NCBI GenBank assembly: GCA_965116475.1
Contig: OZ220691.1
Location: 2,016,001-2,080,000, forward strand
Direction: 5' to 3'
Source of the DNA: Gemmatimonadota bacterium
GTDB taxonomy: Bacteria; Gemmatimonadota; Gemmatimonadetes; Palauibacterales; Palauibacteraceae
DNA length: 64,000 nucleotides
Both the position numbers and the translations under genes were made by a program. The notes beneath the pieces were generated by a model. The model saw only the letters and a list, made by a program, of their open reading frames with translations, searched no databases and was not told the DNA's origin. This document shows, one piece after another, positions 48,105 through 57,644 of the stretch (positions are counted from its first letter, which is position 1; each line of letters starts with the position of its first letter).

Positions 48105-48572
48105 CTAGAGTTGGGCGAGCGACTTCAGGTCGTCTACGAGCCGGCCGCGGACCTTCGCGTCGCGGCAGAGCACGAGGATCGTGTCGTCGCCGGCCACCGT
48201 CGCGAGGACGCCATCGAGATCCGCCTCGTCGAGAGCGATCGCGACGGCGTTGGCGCAGCCGCTCAGGGTGCGGATCGCGAACAGCGCGTTGCCCGGGCCG
48301 ACATCCAGCGCCAGCTCTCTCAGCGTCGCCGCCAGCATGCGCTGAGGCGAGGGCGGCGCCGTGTCCCGCCCCGGGCGGTGGTATCTGGGTCCGCCGGCGT
48401 CGGACCGCTTCACGATGCCGAGGCGCCTGAAGTCCCGCGACAGCGTCGTCTGCGTGGTCGAGATCCCCTCGCGCGCGAGCGCCGCCACGAGCTCGATCTG
48501 ACTCCGGATTTCCTGGGTGTCGATGATATGCAGGATCGCCCGCTCGCGGGTTCTGCGGCGCTCGCGCGTCAT
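48105..48572 (-). CDS. argR: Arginine repressor
   Basis: SQIELV..L...G...TQTTLSRD; RTLSG.A; TVAGDDT. Confidence 0.92.
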   Translation of the reverse strand: MTRERRRTRERAILHIIDTQEIRSQIELVAALAREGISTTQTTLSRDFRRLGIVKRSDAGGPRYHRPGRDTAPPSPQRMLAATLRELALDVGPGNALFAIRTLSGCANAVAIALDEADLDGVLATVAGDDTILVLCRDAKVRGRLVDDLKSLAQL

Positions 48573-48588
48573 GACGGCATCGCGCGGT

Positions 48589-50055
48589 TCATGTGATTGC
48601 CGCGTCCAGGAGCCGCTCCTCGAGATGGGCGCGCCGGATCGGCGGATCGGCACGGCCGTCGAGCCAGGCTTCGAGCGCCGCCACCTCGCGATCGACCTCC
48701 TGCAACTGCTCCAGCACGCGTCCGGGCGCCGGTCCGCCGGGCGAATCGTGTGCGGCGACGGCGGCATCCGGCCGCAGCACCTCGTGTACGTCGTCTCCCG
48801 CGGCGGGACAGCACGTCCGCAGGGTCTCGAAGTCCAACTCCCATAGCTCCACTCCGTCTTCCTCGGCCAGGCGCACCGCCTCGCCGACCTGATGGTGCGC
48901 CCGCCGGAACGGGACGCCGCGGCGGACGAGGTGGTCGGCGAGTTCGGTGGCGGTCAGCATCCCGCCCGCGAGCGCGGCTTCCATGACGTCCGTCCGATAG
49001 TTGACACCGCGCGCGACCGCAATCGCCGCGGCAAGGGACCAGTCCGCCGTGTCGAGCGTGTCGAACAGGCGTTCCTTGTCTTCCTGAAAGTCGCTGTTGA
49101 AGGTGAGCGGCAGGCCTTTCATCAGCGCGAGCAGCGCCGTCACGTTCCCGATCGCCCGGGCCGACTTCCCGCGCAGGATCTCGGCCGCCTCCGGATTCTT
49201 CTTCTGCGGCATGATGCTGCTGCCCTGCGCCACGGAGTCGTCGAGTTCGATGAACCCGAACTCCCGCGTGGACCAGAGCACGATCTCGTCCGCCCAGCGC
49301 GAGAGGTGCACCGCCAGCATGGCGCAGGCATAGGCCGCGTCGAGCACGTAGTCGCGGTCGCCGACGATGTGCATGCTGTTGGCGAAGGTGCGGTCGAGCC
49401 CGAGCAGGGCCGCGGTGCGGGCCGGATCGATCGGGAACGACGTGCCGGCCAGCGCCCCGGCGCCGAGCGGCGACACGCCCGCCAGCCGGTGAGCGGCCCG
49501 GAGCCGCCGCGCGTCCACACCGAGTGCGGCCACGTGGGCGAGAAGGTGGTGCGCGAGGCTCACGGGCTGTCCCCGCTGGAGGTGCGTATAGCCGGGCAGG
49601 AAGGTCTCGCGGAAGGAGGCCGCGTGGCCGGTCAGCACGCGCTGCAGCCCGGCCACGCCGGAGAGGATGTCCTCGAGGCGCTCGCGCACGTACAGCCGCA
49701 GCGCGACCGCCGTCTGGTCGTTCCGGCTCCGCGCCGTGTGGAGCCGCTGGCCGGCCTCGCCCACGCGCTCGACGAGGGTGCGTTCGATCCACGTGTGCAC
49801 GTCCTCGTCCGGGCCCGCGACCTCGAGTTCGCCGGTCTCCACCTCCCGGAGGATCTCCGACAGGCCGGACAGGATCAGATCGCTGTCGCCACGAGAGAGG
49901 ATCCCCGTTTCGCGCAGCATGCGGGCGTGCGCGAGGCTCGCCAGGAGGTCGTGCCGGGCCAGCCGGCGGTCGAACGGCAGCGAGTTCGTGAACTCCTGGA
50001 TCGCCGGATGCACGGGCGCCGCGAAGCGCCCTCCCCACAGCACGTCATCCGGCAT
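48589..50055 (-). CDS. argH: Argininosuccinate lyase
   Basis: LWGGRF, EDVH, HTARSRNDQ, PGYTHLQ, GSSIMPQKKNP. Confidence 0.96.
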   Translation of the reverse strand: MPDDVLWGGRFAAPVHPAIQEFTNSLPFDRRLARHDLLASLAHARMLRETGILSRGDSDLILSGLSEILREVETGELEVAGPDEDVHTWIERTLVERVGEAGQRLHTARSRNDQTAVALRLYVRERLEDILSGVAGLQRVLTGHAASFRETFLPGYTHLQRGQPVSLAHHLLAHVAALGVDARRLRAAHRLAGVSPLGAGALAGTSFPIDPARTAALLGLDRTFANSMHIVGDRDYVLDAAYACAMLAVHLSRWADEIVLWSTREFGFIELDDSVAQGSSIMPQKKNPEAAEILRGKSARAIGNVTALLALMKGLPLTFNSDFQEDKERLFDTLDTADWSLAAAIAVARGVNYRTDVMEAALAGGMLTATELADHLVRRGVPFRRAHHQVGEAVRLAEEDGVELWELDFETLRTCCPAAGDDVHEVLRPDAAVAAHDSPGGPAPGRVLEQLQEVDREVAALEAWLDGRADPPIRRAHLEERLLDAAIT

Positions 50056-50107
50056 CAGAGCACATCGTCCGGCACGGTACGGTCCAGCAGACGGTACAGG
50101 GGACGGT

Positions 50108-51433
50108 TCAGCGCGATCCGGTCGCCACCGCCCGCCCCGGCCGCTGCATCGGCTTCGACGAACCCCGGACGGTCTCGACGGAGGCGGTCGCGGCCCAGTC
50201 CCGGCCGTCGGCCGCCGCGTTCGCCCGCACCCGCGCGGCGAGACTCGAGGGGAGGCCCCACAGGCGGACGAACCCGCCCGCGTCGGCCTGGTCGTAGACC
50301 GAGTCCTCCTCGAACGTGGCGAGATCTTCCCGGTACAGCGAGAAGCGGGACGTGCGCGCCACGGGCATCGCGGAACCCTTGAACAGCCGCACGGTGACGT
50401 CGCCGGTCGACATGGCGTGCGCCTCGTCGAGGAACGCGTCGAAGGCGGCCCGCAGCGGCGAGAACCAGAGACCCTGGTAGATGAGTTCGCCATACCGGTC
50501 GGCGATGCCGCGCTTGAATCCCGCCGTGTCCCGGTCGAGCGTGAGCGCCTCCAGGTCCGCCAGCGCGGCGAGGAGGACGGTCCCGGCCGGCGTCTCGTAG
50601 ACGCCGCGGCTCTTCATGCCGACGAGCCGGTTCTCCACGAGGTCGACGCGCCCCACGCCGTGGGCCCCGGCCGTCTCGTTCAACCGCTGGACGAGCGCCA
50701 CCGGGTCGAGCGCTTCGCCGTTGAGCGCCACCGGCACGCCGCGCTCGAACGAGATGACGACGTCCTCCGGCGTGTCCGGCGCCTGGGCCGGGTCGACCGT
50801 CAGTTCGCGCAATTCGTCCGGGGTGGCGGCCGTCGGGTCCTCGAGGATGCCGCCCTCGAACGAGGTGTGCCACAGGTTCCGGTCGATGCTGTAGAGCTTC
50901 CGGGGGCTCCCCGGCACGGGGATGTCGCGCGCCGCGGCGTAGGCGAAGGCGTCCTCCCTCGACGTGATCTCCCACTCGCGCCAAGGGGCGATAACGGTCA
51001 GGTCCGGCGCGAGCGCCTGGTAGGCGAGTTCGAAGCGGACCTGGTCGTTGCCCTTTCCGGTGCAGCCGTGCGCCACGGCGTCGCAGTCGAACTCCCTGGC
51101 GACCTCGACCTGGGCGGCCGCGATCACGGGCCGGGCGAGGGACGTCCCGAGCAGGTAGCGGCCCTCGTACACGGCCCCGGCCTTGAGCGCCGGGAACGCG
51201 CACTCGGTGAGGAACCGCTCGCGGAGGTCGACGACGCGGCAGGCCGTCGCCCCCGTCGCCAGCGCCTTCTCGCTGATCTCGTCGAAGTCTTCCCGCTGGC
51301 CGACGTCCACCACGGCCGCGACCACTTCGCAGTCGTAGTTCTCCTTCAGCCAGGTGACCATCACGGAGGTATCGAGGCCGCCGGAGTACGCCAGGGCGAC
51401 CCGCGTCACGTTCTTCGTCGTCTGCTTATTCAT
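50108..51433 (-). CDS. argG: Argininosuccinate synthase
   Basis: LAYSGGLDTS, HGCTGKGNDQVRF, ENRLVGMKSRGVYETP. Confidence 0.96.
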   Translation of the reverse strand: MNKQTTKNVTRVALAYSGGLDTSVMVTWLKENYDCEVVAAVVDVGQREDFDEISEKALATGATACRVVDLRERFLTECAFPALKAGAVYEGRYLLGTSLARPVIAAAQVEVAREFDCDAVAHGCTGKGNDQVRFELAYQALAPDLTVIAPWREWEITSREDAFAYAAARDIPVPGSPRKLYSIDRNLWHTSFEGGILEDPTAATPDELRELTVDPAQAPDTPEDVVISFERGVPVALNGEALDPVALVQRLNETAGAHGVGRVDLVENRLVGMKSRGVYETPAGTVLLAALADLEALTLDRDTAGFKRGIADRYGELIYQGLWFSPLRAAFDAFLDEAHAMSTGDVTVRLFKGSAMPVARTSRFSLYREDLATFEEDSVYDQADAGGFVRLWGLPSSLAARVRANAAADGRDWAATASVETVRGSSKPMQRPGRAVATGSR

Positions 51434-51482
51434 GCGTCAATCCTGAAATGGCAGGTGCAGGGGATCGTGCACGAGGCCGAAT

Positions 51483-51511
51483 ATTATACACGATGGTGAA
51501 TAAATATGCAA
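51483..51511 (-). promoter_or_regulatory. argG promoter with overlapping ARG box
   Basis: Minus strand TTGCAT-17 nt-TATAAT. TGAATAAATATGCA (51497-51510) matches TGNATWWWWATNCA; AT-rich island in GC-rich DNA. Confidence 0.85.
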
Positions 51512-51558
51512 TGCACCGACAGGGGCGCCGGGGCAGTGGGAAAGGTCAGTGGGACGGG

Positions 51559-52137
51559 TCAGTGGGGACGGTAGGCCTTCACCCTGTCGGGATCCGTTTC
51601 CAGGCGGGGGCCGCCGATGAGGTCGACGCAGTCGGGCACCGCCGCGAACACGGCGTCGAGACATTCGCCCACGGCCTTGGGCGACCCGGGGAGGGTGATG
51701 ATCAGCGCCGAGCCCCGCACCCCCGCCGTCTGGCGCGAGAGGATCGCGGTCGGCACGTGGGGCCGGGAGACCGCGCGCATGGCTTCGCCGAACCCGACGA
51801 GTTCCTTCTCCAGCACCGCGGCGACCGCCTCGGGCGTAACGTCGCGCGGGGCGGGCCCGGTGCCGCCGGTGGCGATGACGAGGCAGCACCCGGCCGTATC
51901 GATCAGCTCGACCAGGGTCGCCCGGATCCGCTCCGTCTCGTCCGGGATGACGCGCGCTTCCGCCTCCCAGGGCGAGGTAAGGACTTCGGTGAGATACGCC
52001 TCGACCGCCGGACCGCCCCGGTCCTCGTACTCGCCGCGGGAGGCGCGGTCCGAAACCGAGACGATGCCGATGCGCGCGACGACGGCGGACGGCCCTTCCG
52101 CCGATCCTTCCGCTGGCCCTTCCATAGAATCGTCCAT
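51559..52137 (-). CDS. mog: Molybdopterin adenylyltransferase
   Basis: SDRASRGEYED, TGGTGPAPRDVTPEA, PTAILSRQTAG, LPGSPKAV.ECL. Confidence 0.92.
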   Translation of the reverse strand: MDDSMEGPAEGSAEGPSAVVARIGIVSVSDRASRGEYEDRGGPAVEAYLTEVLTSPWEAEARVIPDETERIRATLVELIDTAGCCLVIATGGTGPAPRDVTPEAVAAVLEKELVGFGEAMRAVSRPHVPTAILSRQTAGVRGSALIITLPGSPKAVGECLDAVFAAVPDCVDLIGGPRLETDPDRVKAYRPH

Positions 52138-52229
52138 GGCCCGAATATGGGCCGTCGCACCCGTTCTTCACTAGGTTGGCGGACCGCGGAACCGGTTGGA
52201 CGCCATGAACCCGACGAGGTTGACGACAT

Positions 52230-53048
52230 ATGACGAAGATGCTCGAGGAGATGCTCGACGCGGCCCCGCTGGCCGACGTGCAGGCTCATCCCGACACGCG
52301 CAGGGTGCCCATCAGCCGAGTGGGCGTGCAGAACGTCCGCTTTCCCATCTCGGTGCGGGACCGCCGCAAGACGGCCCAGCACACGATCGCCAACGTCGAC
52401 ATGTCCGTGGACCTTCCCCACGACTTCAAGGGGACCCACATGAGCCGCTTCATGGAGATCCTCAATTCGTACGACGATGAGATCTCGGTCGACGCGCTGC
52501 CCGCCATCCTGCGCACGATGCGCGAACGTCTCAACGCCGAGACCGCGCACCTCGGCATCTCCTTCCCCTACTTCATGGAGAAGGAAGCTCCCGTGACGGG
52601 CGCGGCGGGCCTGCTGTCGTACGACTGCGCCTTCGACGCCTCCAGCGGAGCGGAGGACGACTTCGTCCTCACGGTGAAGATTCCCGTGACCACGCTGTGT
52701 CCGTGTTCCCGGGAGATCAGCGCGCGCGGGGCGCACAACCAGCGCAGCGTCGTCACGGTCAAGACGCGCTTCACGGGGCGGCTCTGGATCGAAGACATCG
52801 TGGCGCTGGTGGACGCGTCGGCTTCCTGCGAACTCTATCCGGTGCTGAAGCGCAGGGACGAGAAGTGGGTCACGGAGCAGGCGTACGACAATCCCCGCTT
52901 CGTCGAGGATCTGGTGCGGGAGGTCACGCTTCGGCTCCGCGACCTGCGGCAGGTGACCTGGTTCAGCGTCCACGTCGTCAACTTCGAGTCGATCCACGAG
53001 CACGACGCGTACGCGCAGGTGGAGGAACCCGCCCGCGCGTCGGGCTGA
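52230..53048 (+). CDS. folE2: GTP cyclohydrolase IB
   Basis: DVQ, KGTHMSRF, TTLCPCS, AHNQRS, NPRFVEDLVR, ESIH.HDAYA. Confidence 0.94.
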   Translation: MTKMLEEMLDAAPLADVQAHPDTRRVPISRVGVQNVRFPISVRDRRKTAQHTIANVDMSVDLPHDFKGTHMSRFMEILNSYDDEISVDALPAILRTMRERLNAETAHLGISFPYFMEKEAPVTGAAGLLSYDCAFDASSGAEDDFVLTVKIPVTTLCPCSREISARGAHNQRSVVTVKTRFTGRLWIEDIVALVDASASCELYPVLKRRDEKWVTEQAYDNPRFVEDLVREVTLRLRDLRQVTWFSVHVVNFESIHEHDAYAQVEEPARASG

Positions 53049-53123
53049 GCGCCGTCGGGCTGAGCGCCGTCCGGCTGAACGCCGCCCGGCTGGCCGGCAC
53101 AGCCGGGGGCGTCACTCTGTGTG

Positions 53124-54500
53124 CTACACCCGCACGGCCAGCCCGTCGTGGAGGGCGGTGCGGTAGGCCTTGAACGCGGGCACGAAACCCATCAGGAATC
53201 CGGCCGTCACCACGGCGGCGAGGAGGAGAAGTTCGATTACGCCGGGCGGCCGGATCGGGATGAAGAGCCCCGCCTGCGCTTCGATGATGGACTGCCCGAC
53301 CGAGAGCAGCGCGTAGACCACCGCGAGCCCCGCGAGCGCCCCCGCCGCGGCCAGGCACACGGACTCGAGCACCAGCAGGGCGACGATCCGGTTCGGTCCG
53401 GCTCCGACGGCGCGCAGGATCGCCATCTCCCGTCGCCGCTCGTTGAGCGACGTGTAGAGTGAGACCAGCATCCCGAGCAGCCCCACCAGGACGACGAAGA
53501 TGGCCACCAGCCGGAGGCCGGTCTCCGCGTAGCCCAGGCCCTGCCACATCTCGTTCAGGGCGACGCCGGGGAGCACGGCCATCATCGGCTCGTCCTCGAA
53601 GTCGTTGATGTCGCGCTGCAACTGGAGTACGTCCCGGCGGTCGGTCGTGCCCACGAAGAACGAGGTCACCTGCGTGACTTCGACGTCCTCGATCGAGATG
53701 TCCTCCTCATGGGCGTGGCCGTCGTCCGCCGCGGCCGCCTCCGCCTCGTCGTGGGCGGCTTCCTGCTCGTCGTCATGGGCGTGGCCGTCGTCGGCGGAGG
53801 CCGCTTCGGCCTCGGCCTCGTCGTCGTGGAGGTGCTCGTCGTCCGACGCCGGCGGCACTCCGTCCTCCCAGTGGATCGCCTCCATGCCCTCGAGTGTGAC
53901 GTAGATGGCGCGGTCGACGGGCGTGAACGTCTTGGCGAGGATGCCCACGACCGTGAACGGCATGTGGTCGTGGTTCACGAAGCCGATCTCGCCGAGCCCG
54001 TGCGTCACCGAGACCTCGTCGCCCATGGAGTAGTTCAGCTCGGCCGCCACGTCCGCGCCCAGCGTCACGTCGAACAGGTCCGTGTTCGCCCGTCCTTCCG
54101 CCAGCGCGATTTCCTGGCCTCCGCGGTAGCGGTAGTGGCGATAGAAGTCCTCGTTCGTGCCGACGACCCGGAACCCCCGGTGGCTGTCCCCCAGGCTGTA
54201 GGGGATGGTCCACTCGACCGCCGGGTGCGCCGCCCACTGTTCGTAGGCCTCCCACGAGACGTTCTCCGTCGGCGCTCCCATGCCGAAGACCGAATACAGG
54301 AGCAACTGGATCGTGCCGCCCTTGGTGCCCACGATGAGGTCGGTCTGGCTGATGGTGTTGGAAAAGCTCTCGCGCATGCCCACGCGCACGTTCTCGACGC
54401 CGATGAGGAGGGCGAAGCTGAGGGCGATGGAGCCCACCGTGAGCGAGGTGCTGAAGGCGCGATTCCGGAGCGACTTGAGCGCCAGGTCGAGAACCAGCAT
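53124..54500 (-). CDS. FtsX/MacB-type ABC permease (ZrgC-like) with His/Asp-rich insert
   Basis: TDLIVG.KGG..QLLLYSVF, SLGDSHRGFRVVGT, EGMEAIH, LNERRREMAILRAVGA. Confidence 0.85.
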   Translation of the reverse strand: MLVLDLALKSLRNRAFSTSLTVGSIALSFALLIGVENVRVGMRESFSNTISQTDLIVGTKGGTIQLLLYSVFGMGAPTENVSWEAYEQWAAHPAVEWTIPYSLGDSHRGFRVVGTNEDFYRHYRYRGGQEIALAEGRANTDLFDVTLGADVAAELNYSMGDEVSVTHGLGEIGFVNHDHMPFTVVGILAKTFTPVDRAIYVTLEGMEAIHWEDGVPPASDDEHLHDDEAEAEAASADDGHAHDDEQEAAHDEAEAAAADDGHAHEEDISIEDVEVTQVTSFFVGTTDRRDVLQLQRDINDFEDEPMMAVLPGVALNEMWQGLGYAETGLRLVAIFVVLVGLLGMLVSLYTSLNERRREMAILRAVGAGPNRIVALLVLESVCLAAAGALAGLAVVYALLSVGQSIIEAQAGLFIPIRPPGVIELLLLAAVVTAGFLMGFVPAFKAYRTALHDGLAVRV

Positions 54501-55192
54501 CAGAACACCGCCTTGTTGGCCTTGTTGACATCCGGGAGCGAGATGTTGCGGGAGAACATGCCCTCCAGCGTGCGGTCGTGGCTCACGAACACCAGCGTGG
54601 AGCCGGCGCGCTCGCACTCTTGAAAGAGCAGCTTGAGGAAGGCCTCCCGGCGGTCGAAGTCCAGGGAGGAAGTCGGTTCATCGGCGACGATGAGTTCCGG
54701 CGCCCCGATGAGCGCGCGGCAGGCGGCCACCCGCTGCTGCTGGCCCACCGAGAGTTCCGTCACCGGCTTCTTGAGCAAATCGCCGATGTGGAGGTGGTCG
54801 GCGAGCTGCGTGGCGGTCTCCTTCACGCCCGCACCGTCCAGCCGGGCCCGGCGTTTCGGGTTCATGCGCGCCGGGAGCGCGATGTTGTCGAGTACCGACA
54901 GGTAGGGGATGAGGTTGAACATCTGAAAGACGTAGCCGATGTGTTCGGCCCGGAAGGCGTCCCGCCGGGCGCCCGAGAGCGACGCGAGGTCCTTGCCGAG
55001 CACCCGGACTTCGCCTTCCGTCGCTGCCAGGACGCCCGCCAGCACGCCGAGCAGCGTGGTCTTCCCGCTCCCGCTCGGACCGAAGAGGAACGCGCGCGTC
55101 CCCCGCTCCAGCGTCAACTCGCCGATATCCAGCACCCAGGGGCCGTCGCCGTAGCGGAAGCGCAGGCCTCGGACGTCGATTGCAAGGCTCAT
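54500..55192 (-). CDS. ABC ATP-binding protein (ZrgB/LolD-like)
   Basis: GPSGSGKTT, FQMFNLIPYLS, LSVGQQQRVA, ADEPTSSLD. Confidence 0.9.
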   Translation of the reverse strand: MSLAIDVRGLRFRYGDGPWVLDIGELTLERGTRAFLFGPSGSGKTTLLGVLAGVLAATEGEVRVLGKDLASLSGARRDAFRAEHIGYVFQMFNLIPYLSVLDNIALPARMNPKRRARLDGAGVKETATQLADHLHIGDLLKKPVTELSVGQQQRVAACRALIGAPELIVADEPTSSLDFDRREAFLKLLFQECERAGSTLVFVSHDRTLEGMFSRNISLPDVNKANKAVF

Positions 55193-55222
55193 CCCGTGTC
55201 ATCTCCCGGAACGTCGTCTCCC

Positions 55223-55258
55223 AAAAAAAAGCGCGCCCCCGGCCTGGCGGGGACGCGC
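55223..55258 (-). terminator. Intrinsic terminator between DUF3299 gene and ABC ATPase
   Basis: Minus strand GCGCGTCCCCGCCAGGCCGGGGGCGCGC followed by T8. Confidence 0.75.
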
Positions 55259-55287
55259 TCCATGCATGCGTGCGGTCGCATCGCGGA

Positions 55288-55788
55288 TCAGGGTCCGTAC
55301 GGATAGACCCGCTGGCCGGCGACGGTGAAGCCGACGTAGCCGTACACGCTCTCCGTCATCTCGATCTCGAGCACGCCCTCGACCCACACCGGGTTCCACC
55401 CGTCCAGCTTCGCCCGCTCGCCGTCTTCCATCTCGATGTAGACGAGCTGGTTGGGCGGTGGCGGCGGCGTGTGGATGCAGGCGCCGACATACGGCACGAG
55501 GAGGAATTCCGTCGCCGAGGACGCCCAGTCTTCGAGCGGCACCGTGAATCCGGGGATCTTCACGAGCTTGCCCGCAAGCGCCGCCAACTCCTCGCTCGGC
55601 TCGCCGGTGCGGTAGTCGAGGCTGGCCAGAAGGCGCCAGCCCACCTCGGTGGGCTCATCGTCCGATGCGGCCGTGGCGTCGGCCGGGGGCTCCGTGACGG
55701 CTGCCGGGGGGCCGCCCGCGCCGGCAAGGGTCACCACGAGCAGCAACGCGGCGGCGGTCGAGAGAAGCCTGCGGCTGGCGTCGATCAT
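55288..55788 (-). CDS. DUF3299 protein (ZrgE-like)
   Basis: VKIPGF.VPL, EFLLVPYVGACIHTPPPPPNQLV, VWVEG. Confidence 0.88.
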   Translation of the reverse strand: MIDASRRLLSTAAALLLVVTLAGAGGPPAAVTEPPADATAASDDEPTEVGWRLLASLDYRTGEPSEELAALAGKLVKIPGFTVPLEDWASSATEFLLVPYVGACIHTPPPPPNQLVYIEMEDGERAKLDGWNPVWVEGVLEIEMTESVYGYVGFTVAGQRVYPYGP

Positions 55789-55823
55789 CGTAAAACTCCA
55801 GCTGTGAAAAGTCCTCGGTTCGT

Positions 55824-57509
55824 TCAGTTCGACCCCGAACGGTCCTGCCGGTCCTGCAGATTCTCCTCGGAGGCCGGCCGCGACAGCGTGGGGTATTTGA
55901 TACCCAGTTGATCAAGATACGTGTCGAAGCGCGTCTCGTCATAGTAGTACTGCTTCAGGAGCGGACGGAACGTGTCCATGATCTCCCGGTTGAGGTCGAT
56001 CGGCGGCGGGTCGTCCGGGCCGATGAAGGGAATGTACTCCACGCCCGCCGTCTGTTCCTCGCGGAAGTAGGTCCAGGCCTCGTCGACCAGGGCCGGCTGG
56101 GCGAAGAGCTGGAGGGCGGAGCGGGCCATGACGCGCGCGCCGGCGACCGCGCCCTTGTGCGCGATCGGGGTGGCCATCGCCATGGCGCTCGACCAGTGGT
56201 GGCCCGGCAGTCCCGGCACGTTCGACGGGAAGCGCAGGGTCACCGTGGGCACGTTCCACGAGATGTCGCCGATGTCGTCGGAACCGCCGCTCCGGCGCGG
56301 CCCCGGCTCCCCCAGGGGCGAGAGCGAGATGGGCATCCCCGACGGGACGCTCCCCACCGATTCCTGCACCGCGCTCGCGAAGTCGTGGTCGTCGTCGGTC
56401 CACTCCGGAAGCCCGACATCCTCGATGTGCTCGTACATCGTCTCGGCCACCACCTTGTTGAAGTGGCGGGGCCAGGCGGCGCCGATGATCCGGTAGGACA
56501 TCTCGGTGTCGGTCATCAGCGCCGCGCCTTCCGCGATGCGGATGGCCGTGTCGAAGTTGCGCTTGATGTCCTCGTAGTCCATCTCGCGGATGAAGTACCA
56601 GACCGACGCGCTCGGCGGCACGACGTTCGGCTGGTCGCCGCCGTCGCTGATCACGTAGTGCGAGCGCTGGTCGGGCCGCAGGTGTTCGCGCCGGAAGTTC
56701 CACGCGACGTTCATCAGCTCGACCGCGTCGAGCGCGCTGCGGCCCCGCCAGGGAGCGCCCGCGCCGTGGGCGGCCTCGCCCTCGAAGGTGAACTCGACGG
56801 AGACGAGGCCGGTGCCGCTCCCCTGGCCCCAGCTCACCGCCAGGTTGCTGCCCACGTGCGTGAAGAGGGTGATGTCGATGTCCTCGAGATAGCCATCCCG
56901 CACGTACCAGGCCTTGGAGCCCAACTGCTCCTCGGCGACCCCGGGCCAGAGCACGAGCGTGCCCTCGATGCCCTCGGCCTCCATGACGTCCTTGAGCGCG
57001 AGCGCGGCCACCACGTTCACGGCCTGCCCGGAGTTGTGGCCCTCGCCATGGCCGGGCGCGCCCGGAATCAGCGGGTCGTGATAGGCGACGCCGGGCTTCT
57101 GGTTGGCCTTCGGGATGCCGTCGATGTCGGACCCGAAGGAGATGACCGGCGAGCCGCTGCCCCAGCGCGCGAACCAGGCGGTGGGGATGCCCGAGGGCGC
57201 GTGCTCGACCGTGAAGCCGTTCTCCTCCAGGATCCCGGTGATGTAGGCCGAGGTCTCGATCTCCTGCTGCCCCAGTTCGGAGAAGGAGAAGATCTTGTCG
57301 ACCATGACCTGGGCCAGCTTGGCGCGCTCGAGCACGCCCGCTTCGACGCGGGCCACGAGGGGCGCCAGTTCATCGTCGGATAGACCCTGCGCCGTGTCGG
57401 AGGGGTCCTGCGCGGTCGCCGGGGCGGCCGGGGCGGCGAGCAGGGCGACCAGCGCCGCTGCCAGCGTTCGTTGACTCGTTCTACCGGTTTTACCCATTCG
57501 TTTATCCAT
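55824..57509 (-). CDS. M20 amidohydrolase, AbgB-like (secreted)
   Basis: SELGQQE, GHGEGHN, GVAEE, AAHGAGAPWRGRSALDAVELM, GGSDDIGDISW. Confidence 0.88.
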   Translation of the reverse strand: MDKRMGKTGRTSQRTLAAALVALLAAPAAPATAQDPSDTAQGLSDDELAPLVARVEAGVLERAKLAQVMVDKIFSFSELGQQEIETSAYITGILEENGFTVEHAPSGIPTAWFARWGSGSPVISFGSDIDGIPKANQKPGVAYHDPLIPGAPGHGEGHNSGQAVNVVAALALKDVMEAEGIEGTLVLWPGVAEEQLGSKAWYVRDGYLEDIDITLFTHVGSNLAVSWGQGSGTGLVSVEFTFEGEAAHGAGAPWRGRSALDAVELMNVAWNFRREHLRPDQRSHYVISDGGDQPNVVPPSASVWYFIREMDYEDIKRNFDTAIRIAEGAALMTDTEMSYRIIGAAWPRHFNKVVAETMYEHIEDVGLPEWTDDDHDFASAVQESVGSVPSGMPISLSPLGEPGPRRSGGSDDIGDISWNVPTVTLRFPSNVPGLPGHHWSSAMAMATPIAHKGAVAGARVMARSALQLFAQPALVDEAWTYFREEQTAGVEYIPFIGPDDPPPIDLNREIMDTFRPLLKQYYYDETRFDTYLDQLGIKYPTLSRPASEENLQDRQDRSGSN

Positions 57510-57624
57510 TGAGGCGCCCGGGAAGAAGGGACCGAAAGGCAACAACCTCATAGGATAAGTGCGGGCGACCCGCGTCGGAAAGTGGGACGTCGCCCGCCGG
57601 AAGCGGCGTTCCCGTGCCCGGCGA

Positions 57625-57644
57625 GACGTTCCCGCGGGAACGTC
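57625..57644. repeat. Perfect 20-bp palindrome GACGTTCCCGCGGGAACGTC (second copy at 5475-5493)
   Basis: Read directly; overlaps the carB stop codon. Confidence 0.8.

Noticed and set aside
52138..52229. Riboswitch (Moco, THF-II, preQ1 or ZTP) between mog and folE2
   Set aside because: Only small hairpins; I could not match a consensus. An Rfam search would settle it.
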